The position numbers and the translations under genes are program-made. Under the pieces are notes generated by a model that was not told the DNA's origin, searched no databases, and saw only the letters and a program-made list of their open reading frames with translations. DNA of 64,000 bases from Chrysemys picta bellii (taxonomy: Eukaryota): NCBI RefSeq assembly GCF_011386835.1, contig NC_088806.1, positions 23,374,001 through 23,438,000 on the forward strand. Direction: 5' to 3'. This document shows positions 51,062 through 62,849 of the stretch, piece by piece (the first letter of the stretch is position 1; each line of letters begins with the position of its first letter).

Positions 51062-54000
51062 TAAATGAGAAGAGCCACCAGTGAGAATGATCTGTTGGAA
51101 ATATAGGCCTGAAGTTTTGTTTCTGCACAACATGGGTTTAGCAGCGGAAAGATTTTTTTTCCTTGTCCCACCAGTGTACCTTAACCTTCATCTTGGAGGG
51201 TCTACTTCTAGGGCTGAGGGGGCAGAGATCCACTTTCCATCCCTATTCAGCCCATAGCATCTCTGCTGACCCTGCCAAAAAATGCTGTGATTAGTGCTAA
51301 AATTGATGGGTATGTGATATTGATGTGTCCAATGACAGATACCCAGCTCCCCTCCAACTTCCTTCACACAGGCCCCCAGATGGGAATACCTTAGTCAATC
51401 CCTGCCCTAAACCAGTGACCTAGATACAGTTCACCTTCACACAGGTGACTACAACCTATTACCAGTTCTGGGGAGGTGGGAGTGCTGATGTTCTACTAAT
51501 CAGCCATGAGACTGTTTCCCCTGCTTTCTACCTTGTCCAGCCCCGTAGACATTTTTAACTTAATTTAATTGAATGACTTCAAGCAGGGACAGAGCCCTGC
51601 AGCTGATATCAGCCATTAATAAGTCACTCTGGCTATAATTAAGCAACATGAGGCTCTCCAAAGCCAATGTTTTATATAGTCTGCCACTTTTTAAAGTAAT
51701 GACTCACTGTATTTTGTTACTGTATGCAAGGAATCTATATATAGCATCCTCAGCACAGAGTGTAACATGCTTTGGGCATATACCATGCTGGAGACAAACA
51801 TGCAAGTGCCTGTCAGGCAGCAATGGGGCCCAGCAAGAAAAGGGGCAATTGAAAGGGCAAGGTGAAGAATATTTAAAAGCAGTAAAGGTGCAAATGGCTC
51901 TGTGTGCAGGCTAGTTACAGTGAAGGGGCAGAAGGGGCAGGTGTTGGGTGGAGTAAGAGTGATGGGCAGGGAAGGTGAGGTGGGGGATTGAAAGAGGCAG
52001 GATCTGCGGAGGGGAAGGGGGAGTGCAGATAGAAGGGACAGGAGTAGGGGTGGGGAAGGTGGGGTGGAGGGGATGGAAGGGACAAGAGTGGAGGGGGAAT
52101 GGGCAGAGGTCAGTGTCAGCTATGGGTCAAAGAACAGGAAGGTTTTAAACGGAGCCATACTATGTAAATAATAAAGTTTTAAAAGAGGACAGGGAGTGCT
52201 CACAAGAGATGGTGCAGTGCAAATAAAAGAGCCCCAGTTGGAGGGAAGCAAGGGGGTGCATGGCTGGGGTTTGCATGCCTGGGTTTCTTCCTCAGCTCTC
52301 CAAGAGTGGAGATTCTCTGGTTGGAGAGACCAGCTCCATGGATCCAGAACCCAAGATGCTGTGGTGGTTCCTGATTTCATAATCTTAGAGTCTTACATAA
52401 GCCCTATGAACCAACGTGTCTCATTAGGAAGAACCAGGCCAGAGATCAGTACGCGGATGGTGATTATATTGTGCTTTTATGTGACCCAACACTTCCTTTC
52501 CAAGTGGTGAAGGAGTCATGCCTGGTGCCAAGGGCAGAGTTACCTTGTTAAGAGGGGACATAGGCATTTTATAACCCCTCTTGTCCAAGGTTTGTTACAT
52601 AATGCCATGCAAAGGCAGACAAGCATTAATTTCTCAAACATTCCCTTCTGGACAAGTCTAGCACCCCCTGCCCCATGCTTTTCTGTACCACCTGACCCTT
52701 CTGCATCCCTCTGTTCTTACTGTTTAATGTTTCTCTTACCCCTGCTGACTAGAGATCTTATCCTGAAAGGGCTGTGCACCTTGCACTCCTGAAGTCAATG
52801 GGAGTTGAGGGTGCACAGCACCTTTTGGGATTGGGCACTAACTGATGCCCAGCGCTGCAACCAATCTTCACTCAAAACTCCCATTGGCTTTGAACCCCAA
52901 GCTTACATTGTAGTGTAGACATACACTCAGTGACTTGCCCGAGGGCCATCTGTGGGAGCAGGGACTTGAACACAGGTTACCCAAGTCTTAGGTAACACCC
53001 TAATGACTGGACCATCCTTCCTCTATCCCAGAATGCTGCTTCTGCCCTCCCAAACTCCCTTTCCATGGTGCTAGATTCACAAGATTCCCCCCTACACCCC
53101 ATTCCCTTTAATAATGGGTAGACCTGCTCAAAAAACAATTGCAATGAAAAATTTGCTCAGAACACAGCTATTGAAAAGGAAACTAGAAAAAGGTTTTGCA
53201 AAAAAGTTTCAATATGAAACATTTAGGTTAAAAATCTTGAATTTTTGTTTTGAAGTTTATTTCCTTCCAATTTTCATCACTTTGCAATGGCATAAGCTGG
53301 AAAGCAGGGGGGGACTTAGTTTTCATTACACAACATGAAGTGTGAAAAAATGGTTGACTCCTCCCACCACCATTTTTCCCTTATTCCTTCTTTATCCAGT
53401 GGAAGGGGAAGAAAATGGGGGAATTAAAAAAAATCTACAATTTTGTGAGAGTTAAATGAAAATGGACATTTGAAGTCAAATCAAAAATTCTACAGTAAAA
53501 AGTCTAGTTTTCTGACCAGTTATACTACTAGGGAATACACACTTCAGCAGTTTAACCCTTTCTGAAAAGTTACTGGGACTGCTAGATTCTCAAGCATCCT
53601 GGAGACCAGAGACAGGTGCCCCTCTAACACCCACCTGTATCCCTGCTACTCTGTGTATACTTTGATTGAAAGCAATCCCAGTACACACCCTGATCTGTAG
53701 TGATGCTAAAGCTTTTGCACTGTTCTCTGCTGCTCCCTAGTGGAGATATGCCAAGCTTCACTCAGTTCTGAAGGACTCCTTTGAGGTGTAGAGGGAGAAG
53801 GATTACACTGGTTTGGGATTCTCCTCTGGGCCTAGATCCAGCTCTGAGCACCTCCAGCAGTGGCTTCCCCCCCCCCCCCCCCGCCCCAATGTGAAAACCA
53901 TAATCTGATTGTATCCTGCTCTGACTTTTCCCACCTCCCACTCACCCTCTTTCTTCCCCTTCCTCTCACAGGAGACTTGTAATCTTTTCCTGCTTTTCCC

Positions 54001-54412
54001 CAGGCCAGTGTCACTCCTCCCTACTGACTCCTCTTGCCTGTCTCACTTCACAAATGCTAAACTAGCCATCCTCCGCTTGCTTTCCTTTTATTTCTACGGG
54101 AAGGTAAGGCTGTCTAGATGTTTGAGCAGGGAAATGGGAGTCAGAAGACAGGTTCTGCTCTTGATGTTGCCACAGCATCCTAGCACTTTGATAAGTCAAA
54201 ATTTTCAGTCTTATTTTCCCCAGCTGGCAGAAAGGAGCAGCAATACTTATCCACTGTCAGAAAGGACTTGAAGGTTATCAGATGAAAGTGTGGTAGTGCA
54301 CTGATTTTTTTTGAAGAGCATGGAAAATTGTGCTAAATTTGCTACATAAGAAAGTGAATCTCTAAAGTGTGTCTAGTCCAGGCCCTGCTGTCTTAATCAG
54401 CTAAATACTTAA

Positions 54413-54634
54413 GGGCATGTCTACACACTGCAGTTAAACACCCACTGCTGGCCTGTGTCAGCTGACTCAGATTCACCTGAGCTCTGGAACCCTCTCCTCT
54501 CCCAGATCTTGGGCTTCAGCTGGAGCATGAATGTCTACATTGCAATTAAATGGCTCCTTAACCCAAGCGCCATTAGCCCAATTCACCTTTCACAAGCCAG
54601 TCATGGGGTGATTAATTGCAGTGTAGACATACCC
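54413..54634. mobile_element. PIF/Harbinger-type MITE
   Basis: gggcatgtctacac ... gtgtagacataccc; flanks taa/tca. Confidence 0.75.
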
Positions 54635-55680
54635 TCAGAGATCCAGAGGCATGAGGTTTGTGTAGGAAATTTGTGATAGTATTACTGGCAGACACCAGAA
54701 AGACTGTGGGGAAAATAGACTTACATAAAGTTCTGGCATCAGCTCTGATCCTGTCCCTCCCTCATCTGGCATAAGCCAAAAAAGTAACTAATTGCATCAA
54801 CATTTGTGATGAATGTCAGTGCAATGTTTGGTGTTTGGGTTGTGTTTTGCTTTTATGATAACACTAGTTTTTTTTAAGTGAAGTTGCAATGAGACTGGCT
54901 CAAGTAATCTTATTAGTTAATCGTTAACAACTTAAATTTGTGAAGCATCTTTCACCCCAAACCATTGTAATAAACCAGACAGATAGGGATTACCTCTCAC
55001 ACCTTCATCTTTCACAGGATGAGAGTCATTTCTGGGGCTGGATTGAGGCAGCTGCTTAAAATGCAAGAGAACACTACACAATGGTTCACAAGTAGTATAT
55101 GAGGAATACTGTATCCATTTCCACCTGCTGGGGGAATTTAGTTAGGCAGAGTGAAATGAATCAACCTGGAAATGTAGTAATAAGAATACCTAGCTCTTAT
55201 CACCCATAGATCTCAAAGTGAGGTTCTCTGTATCATTTAGCATATTTCACAGATGGGAAATGGACACAGGGCAGGGAACTGACTTGCCCAAGGTCATCCT
55301 GCTAACTAGTGGTAGCATCGGGAATTGTCCAGTTCTCTTCCATTGTTTTATTTATAATTTGAATTGCAACAACACTTAGGAGCCCCTGTCTTGGACCCAG
55401 GACCCCACTGTGCTAGGCACTGTCCAAAAAAAAGATTCCCTGCCCCCAAAATTGTACACTCGAAGTATCAGAGAAGAGACAACAGGAGGAGACGGGAAAA
55501 CATGGGGGAATACAAGGAAACAATGACACAGTATCTCTAGCTATGGGATCTCTAATGGCCAGAAGGTGGTTAGGAGGACCTTGGATTTACCTCATGCAAA
55601 AGACCGCATACATAATAGGCTGCTGGAGGTGCAAATACCACCCTAGAATATTGCTTCAGTATTCAGCTTCAACAGACAGG

Positions 55681-55968
55681 GAAGAACAGGAGTACTTGTG
55701 GCACCTTAGAGTTTAACAAATTTATTTGAGCATAAGGGTTTTTTCCCTCTTACTTAATTGGAGTCTCAGAGTTGATAAGATATCTCCCACCTTTCATGCT
55801 CTCTGTATGGGTGTATATATACACTTAATATATGTTCCATTCTATGCATCCGATGAAGTGGGCTGTAGCCCACAAAAGCTTATGCTCTAATAAATTTGAG
55901 AGTCTAAGGTTCCACAAGTACTCCTGTTTTTTGCGGATACCGTCTAACACGGCTGCTACTCTGAAACC
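55681..55968. mobile_element. Penelope-like element terminal fragment with inverted 5' segment
   Basis: Recognised terminal motif gcttatgct..aataaat..taaggt.ccacaagtactcc...aacacggctgctactctgaaacc, present both direct and inverted. Confidence 0.75.
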
Positions 55969-56142
55969 AGACAGGGAAGAGTGCCACTTGCTGAATCCCC
56001 AACACCACCACCAGAGGCTCAATACCTTTTTTTGAAAGTATTGATTGGTGGGGGGAGGGGGGGGGGATCAGCAGGGGGACCCAGTTCAGAAATGGTGCAT
56101 ATAGAGGAAGTAGTCATTAAGTGGGCATAAGATTAAAAGACT

Positions 56143-56334
56143 CAGGGGTTCTCAAACAGGGGGTCAGGAGCCCCAGGTAGAGTCAAGCTGTCAGCCTCCA
56201 CCCCAAACCTCATTTTGCCTCCAGCATTTATAATGGTGTTAAATATATTTAACAAGTGTTTATAATTTATAAGGGGTCACACTCAGAGGCTTGCTGTGTG
56301 AAAGGGGTCACTAGTACAAAAGTTTGAGCCACAG
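56143..56334. mobile_element. hAT MITE (same family as 61506-61728, opposite orientation)
   Basis: 5' TIR caggggttctcaaac; internal gcctccagcatttataatggtgttaaatatat shared with the other copy. Confidence 0.75.
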
Positions 56335-56358
56335 CTCTATCAGAGATTTCAAAGGAGC

Positions 56359-57028
56359 TGTGACAAGGTGGGGGGACCCATCCCCCTTAGGGTGTAGTGG
56401 CAGGGCATAAGTAGCTCACATTTACATCTCTGGAGAAAGTCAATATACTTGTACCTATTAGTAGGGCCTAGTGGTCACAGTCAATGGATCAGCACCCATC
56501 AGCAAGGCAATAGGGCCTAGAGGCCTCCATCAGGGAAGGGGGCCACCACACACACAAAAAGGGTTGTGGCAGCCCAATGGGGGGGACCCAGGTCCTCCCT
56601 CTCCACCATGCCCCAGCCCAGGGGGCTAGTAGTGAGCAGAACACAGGTCACCAAGTCAGCAGGGGCAGGTGGCAGCAGCCAAGGCACACGGACTCAAAAT
56701 TCCAGTTCACTGACCAGGCCACTCTCTAATTCCCCTGGGCTGCTTCCTACCATGGTTCCCATTGCTGCAGTCCAGGCATCTCTGCTGTCTCCAGGTTCCC
56801 CAGTCTGCATTGTGCCCAGCAACACCAGACCTTTGGCTGATCCTCCCCTAACCCTAACAGCATGCATTCTTCCTCTCCAGCAGTCAGCCCCAACTGAACT
56901 GAGCTGCTCCCTTTTATACTGGTGTATTTGGCTCATGCCCAGTAGAGTTGAGGGGGCGTGGCTTCCTCAGCCCACAATGTAGAGTTAACCCTTTCCCGTC
57001 CAGTGCAGGGTGAGTGTGCCCCATCACA
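56359..57028 (-). mobile_element. Solo LTR (670 bp)
   Basis: TGTGA...TCACA termini, perfect 5-bp TSD GGAGC, minus-strand TATAAAAG at 56911-56918 (used to infer orientation). Confidence 0.82.
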
Positions 57029-58975
57029 GGAGCCTAAGAGAGTTAGATATCCAGCACCCATTGAAAATCAGTGAGTGTTAGGCACATATAACTCACCTAA
57101 GCTTTTTTTTTTTTTTTTTGAAAATCCCATCCTGTGTTCCAGCAAAGCTCCTGTCAGCTACAGTGGGAGCAAGATCAGGCCCTAAGTGAGCAAAAGAGAC
57201 CATAAAGGGATCTAAGATGGCATAATTACATGCCAATGGGGCACAAGAAGGTGTAGGGTAAAGTGGATACTTTAAAGGGAGAGGGTACTTTAACTTATCC
57301 CTCCTGTACCTCCTTCTATTCCATGCCTTTTATTCTGTAAACTACAGTTTAGACTCACTTAAACTCATGAATGATATGTAACTTACACCACCTTATGTAT
57401 GGCCTGCGAATTTGTCCCAGAGGTTTTCCTGGTTTGCAGAAGGAAACATTTGCTCCCTCCAAACAAGCTCTTGCATCCTGTCTGACGTTCTATATATTTA
57501 TCCTTTCAGATGGAAGATAAATCTCTCTTTCCCAGGAGCGCCCTGTGAGACAGTAGAGAGAATTGCAACCAGACTTACTCAGGATGAACCAATCCTACAT
57601 GTGATTGACCAGGGACACTTTCAGATTTTTGTGAATGAGTTTCATGAGATATGCATCAATTCTTCGGGATCTGCAAGGAAATTCTCTCGTTGTATACAAT
57701 TAAAGAAAGAATGCAACATCCCGCACTCCCCATCCAGTGCAAGGTAAGGAATATTCCGCTGTTGCTGACCAAACTTTTGTGTATGGAAATGCAGACACTG
57801 CGCTGCTAAAATAATTGAAGCTGTTGATTCATTGGTGTTTTTCTCCAATAGTAATGCCACAAAAATCAAATGAGCAAGTATGAATGAATGTGCATAGAGC
57901 TCTGACATGCTAATGGGTTGTCATCCACTACCAAAGGGTAAATGAAGCGATGAGAGGCCTGAAATATGTTAACCTTACGTGATCAGAACTGACCTGCTTT
58001 CTGCATATCCCTGTGGAAAGCACCAGCTCATTGGACTGCTGATTGTATTTAGGGCCTCTGAGGTCTCACTAAGATGCATGAGTGCACCTTTGCTCTTGGC
58101 AGCTTTTGTGTCCGGAGAATGATGCCTACAACCTTTCTAGGGCAATACCAGGTCTTGTTGTTTTCAGGGTGGCACCTTCCAACATGGAGCAACATGGAAC
58201 ATAATGCACTTGAAAGCAAGGTGCTGCAGATGGTAAAAGACTCTGGCCTGGATAAAAGTGTAAAGTGGCAATTCAGATGTAAGCCACTGGATGCTATCAG
58301 AGGTGCTGGAGTGAGGTGATTTCCTGAATGCCGTTGAGGAAGCGTCTGTTCCAGACGAATGGGTGAAGATTTTCAAAGCAGTCCTTGGGGATATAAATTC
58401 ATCTTCTGTTGTAATGTGTCTAAATCCAATAGACTGATTTGAAAAGCTGAACCACGATCATCCTTAGCTGTGTGTGATTCTTTTCTGAGTTCGGGGATCC
58501 CTTTATCACAAGGGGAGTGCCATTATGAACATTGTTAAAGACACACTGTACAGATGGACTGTTGTTTGCCAGAAAAGTTTCCTGTTGCTCACATAGGGGA
58601 GGATTATACAATATTCAGCGCTAAGTGGATTCAGTCCTGAAAGCAAAACAGTGCTCAGTGCCAGCTGTGAATGGATGCAGCTTTGGGGCTATGTTTCCTC
58701 TGACAGGCGAGGATGGCAAAGGCACTTTTCCTTATGCATCCTAAGGGCTCCAGAAAGCAGGTATTCTGCATTTTAAAAAGGACCAGCTGGCTTTAAAGGG
58801 ATGACACTAATTGGATGCCCCTGTAGAGCTGGCTGGTCTGCAAAGTAGGGCAGCATACTCTAAAATCAGGGTGCTGCTCAGGGAGTGTATCGAGAACAGA
58901 GACATGCAGAATCTGTGTGCGATGGAGGATAGTCCTGGGTGTGTTTGTGATGGAAAATGCAGTTATCTTCGTGTT

Positions 58976-59390
58976 GAGTATGGAGATGGAGTCCAGGGTA
59001 TATAAATGCGTGTGGAGAAGGCTGGTGAAGCCCCGTGTAGTTTGCAGCTGTATGTGATGGAGAGAGAGCCCTGGGTGGATAGATGTACAGAGTATGCAGA
59101 TACACCCCATGCAGAGATGAGCAAATGTGAGGGAGAGACAAACCAGGGTATATGTACCTATCTGGAGAGCACAGAGGAAGCCAATACAGGGTGGTGCACA
59201 TGGATTTGATAGAGATGAAGCTATAGCTGTGTGTGCAGGAAGAATGGAGAAATAGCACTGTGCAGTGGCACTTACGTGTGATGGAGATGTAGGCTTAGTA
59301 ATATGTACATGCATGGAGAATACAGTGGCAGCCCTGCAGGTAGGAGAGTGTGTGATGGGGATGTAGCTTTGGCTGTGTGTGGAGAAGGCA
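58976..59390. repeat. Degenerate tandem repeat, unit about 72-79 bp
   Basis: tgtgatggaga-like anchor recurs at 58976, 59053, 59126, 59205, 59277 and 59351. Confidence 0.65.
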
Positions 59391-60137
59391 TCTAAAACCT
59401 TGTGAATGAAAAAACCTATAGATTTAATAGCGCATTGTAAACTTCAAATCGTCCTACAGAAGCTACTGGAGCATTAGATCCCTGCTATAGAACACTGTGT
59501 TTTTAAAAGACCGTGGAAAGGATGCCATTCTCTATTAAATCCTGTAGCTTTTGAAAATAATGCCCATTGGCCCTATTCCATTTCTATAGAGCCTTACTGC
59601 TTCCATCCCAATTATAGACTCCGCTCTAAGGGCAGTGGTGTACGTGTGTACACGGGGGATCTGATCCTCTTCCTTCCAGATCATTCTCCCCAGCATTAAT
59701 TACACATCAGGAGGTAGCACTGCCATCGCCTCTTGCTGTTTGGCCATTGCGCTGTTCCAGTGGCCTTGATGTTGGAATGATTGACTGTGAGCAGTTGGTG
59801 ACAGGTTTGGGTCTGTGTTGTCTCCTGGCAGCCAGGAGAGGCTGTTCAGGGAAGGAGCCTTCTGATGTTTGTCTGCCAAATGAGGATAACAATTCAGTCT
59901 AAGCACATTAATGTGATTGTTGTGAGGGTCGGGGAGCATTGCTTGGACAGCCATTACACAGTAGCAAGCCATGCAGGCTTTGCACTGCCCCTTTCATGTC
60001 CTGGCCCAACGGGCATAATGAAGAAGGGAGTTTGCTGGGGGGGGGGGCAGCTAAGCTGAATTTATTTTTATCTCCTGACCTTAATATGCTGACACAAAAG
60101 CTTCCGTCTTTTTTCCTGTGCTGCAGTATCTGGGTGG

Positions 60138-60151
60138 GTTGCCATAGCAAC
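60138..60151. promoter_or_regulatory. RFX X-box motif GTTGCCATAGCAAC
   Basis: 13/14 match to the canonical palindrome GTTGCCATGGCAAC. Confidence 0.55.
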
Positions 60152-61505
60152 CCCGACATGGTAAGTGGCGCTGCTTTTGGTAGCATTCAGCATTTGTATC
60201 CCCTCAATGTTTGAGTCCCCACCGGAATGTCTGAAAGGGCGGGGAGGTTGCCTGTTGCAGAGCATCCCTATGGGGTACACCCACGCCTGCCTCAGCATCC
60301 TTCATTTACTCTGTGTGCGTGTGCAGGTGGGGAGGGGCATGCTTGTGTTAAGGTGTGTGTATCCTCTGGCTCTTTCTCAGCAAACCCGGACAAGCAGACA
60401 AAAACTAGGTGTAGCAGAAATGGAATCACTCTCCAGCTGTGGCAGAAACTGGGCTGCGGTGACCAGTTGGCTGCATGCTGTTCCAGTTGGCATGCGGGAG
60501 GTGTTTATTCTCTGTCTCCCATGAGGTTAAAAACAAGTGAGGACTTAAGAATAAGTCCCCACTAGGCCCAAGAAGATGAGTCTGTAGCATGGGCAGAGCA
60601 AGAACAAAGGGATCTTACCTACTGGACATCTGGAGGAACCACCACCCTCAAAGCTGGGCAGGGGAATTCAGTCTCCATTTGCCCATTTGACCCAGGGATT
60701 TTCATGTTAAGTTCTGTTCCCAGCTCTGCCACCCATTTCCTTCAGGGAAGCCACTTTGCCCCTCTGCACTTCAGTTTCCCCATTTGTAGATCGGAGGTAA
60801 GAACACCAATCTCACAAGAATCTTCAGAGGCTTAATTCGTTAATAACTGCAAAGTGCTTTAAGCCTGAAAATGGCAATGGTTGGAATACCGCACATGATT
60901 ACTATTTAATGAGTCATTTGTTGCTGACCATATACCGTTAAGTCCAGCGAGACACGTTTTTTCTGCTTTCTGCACCCTCACACTGCCAAGCTGGGGAATC
61001 CAGGGTTAGGGTTGAAAGAGGGCTTCATTCATATGAAACCTCCTCCCAGGAAGACGTATCTAGGTCAGGTGCCTGATGGAGGGACCATACCAAGGAATAG
61101 GAAAGTGCACAGCCAATTAGCGGCTGCTAACTGAGTCAGCGCTATTGATTCTCTGTTTCCTCTTAATCGCATGTTCTCAGGCAGGCCTCCTTTCTTTCAC
61201 TGTCAGGCTTCTGTAAGGCGGCTGCAATTGGAGCAGCTATCGCACATGAAATACTGCTTGGCTATTTCAAGCGTCCTGTGTTTTGCAGGGACTTGTTTTT
61301 TTCCAGCAGTGCACCTGGCTTGCTGAGAACAGATGTTAATTCCACTGCACTTTTTCAAACACATGGCTGTCAGATGAGACAGCCAGGAACATTATTCCTT
61401 AGCTTCTGAATGTCTATAAAAAGCCCTACAAAACAGCATCCTTCCACTAAGCATAATTTAGACTGTGGCAGGTGAACTGGGGACAAATCCTGTATATCTC
61501 TAGGA

Positions 61506-61728
61506 CAGTGGCTCTCAAAATTTTTTTACTGGTGACCCCTTTCACATAGCAAGCCTCTGAGTGCGACCCCCCCCCTTATAAATTAAAAAAACTTTTTTAT
61601 ATATTTAACACCATTATAAATGCTGGAGGCAAAGTGGGGTTTGAGGTGGAGGTTGACAGCTTGTGACCCCCCATGTAATAACCTCACGACCCGCTGAACG
61701 GTCCCGACCCCCAGTTTGAGAACCTCTG
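61506..61728. mobile_element. hAT MITE with perfect 8-bp TSD
   Basis: TIRs cagtggctctcaaa / tttgagaacctctg; TSD ctctagga on both sides. Confidence 0.88.
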
Positions 61729-61777
61729 CTCTAGGAGAACGGCAATGTCTGGCTCCTTATCCTGTGTCCTTTATTTG

Positions 61778-61978
61778 GGGCTCATCTACATGCGGAAATT
61801 ATTCTTGATTAAAGTAGAGTTGATTAACTCCAGATTAACTCTCCATGTGAATGCTTTTATTCTGGCTTTTTCTGGGTTAGTTTAGCCTGCTTTGAAAAAG
61901 GCATCATTATTCCAGAAGAAGAGCGTTCACATGAAGAGTTAAACTGGAATTCCAGGAAATTTCTGATGTAGATATGCC
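61778..61978. mobile_element. Old PIF/Harbinger-type MITE
   Basis: ggctcatctacat ... atgtagatatgcc inverted termini. Confidence 0.55.
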
Positions 61979-62849
61979 TTTAGTTATTGTGTCTGCAGCA
62001 TGCACCCGGGCACTGAGGGAGCCGAGCCGGTGGTTTAATGCTCAGTGTGATGGACTATGTCTTACCTTGTGCTGCAGGTCTTACTGGCTAGGAATTGTCC
62101 TCCCACTGAGCCTTGTTCAGTCTGCAAGTGTCATAAAACTGGAGAAGGGCATCCTTTGGGTGAGGGGGTGGGTTAGAAGGAACCTCTTATCTGGGAACAA
62201 CATGAGGACTTCTTATCCCTCACTACTTCAGCACAGGGCATCACGTGACTCACCATACATGGTTAGATTACAAGCACCTTCTATATTTTGGGATATTGTC
62301 TAGCACAACAGGGCTGTGGCCTTGTTGGCCTTACTGGAGCTGCCTTCCTCTCCCTCCCCTTCCCCCCCCCCCCCCATACAGAAGTCAAACTACACCTATG
62401 ATTCTGGACGCAGTAGGATTAATTAAAAGGACCGTGCTTCTCATCCTGCTGCCAGAGAAGCAGCTGCTCCCTATCCTACCTCTTCCAAGAAGGAAAAAAA
62501 GAGAAACACAAAAAGAAAGAGGGAGCATTTAATGAGCATCCGCTTTCCCCAGATCTGCTCAGCTGTGACCTTGGGTGCTTTTCAGCACTGGAGGAATACA
62601 TGGTGGGTGTTGTGGCTCCCCTCCAAGAGCAGAGAGCCCAGCCTGCTGCTGGCATTAACTGCTGGGGAACAGGCTGATACATGAGAAGAGAGGATTTCCC
62701 AGTATTTCCTACTGTTACATTAATGACCTTCAGAGCCTTCCAACTGTTAGCATTAAGCTCCTCACGGGGTGAGGACGTCCTATGTCCTGCCACTGGCTAA
62801 ATATCTCATGTCTCCTCCCTCGGCTTTATTTTGGGGCTGGGACGGGTGA

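Noticed and set aside
57597-57668. Minus-strand mini-exon SRRIDAYLMKLIHKNLKVSLVNH
   Set aside because: Weak donor, no family recognised, and it overlaps a better-signalled plus-strand candidate.
58976-59390. CRISPR-like repeat-spacer array
   Set aside because: Vertebrate DNA; the units are degenerate along their whole length, with no conserved repeat plus unique spacer pattern and no cas genes.
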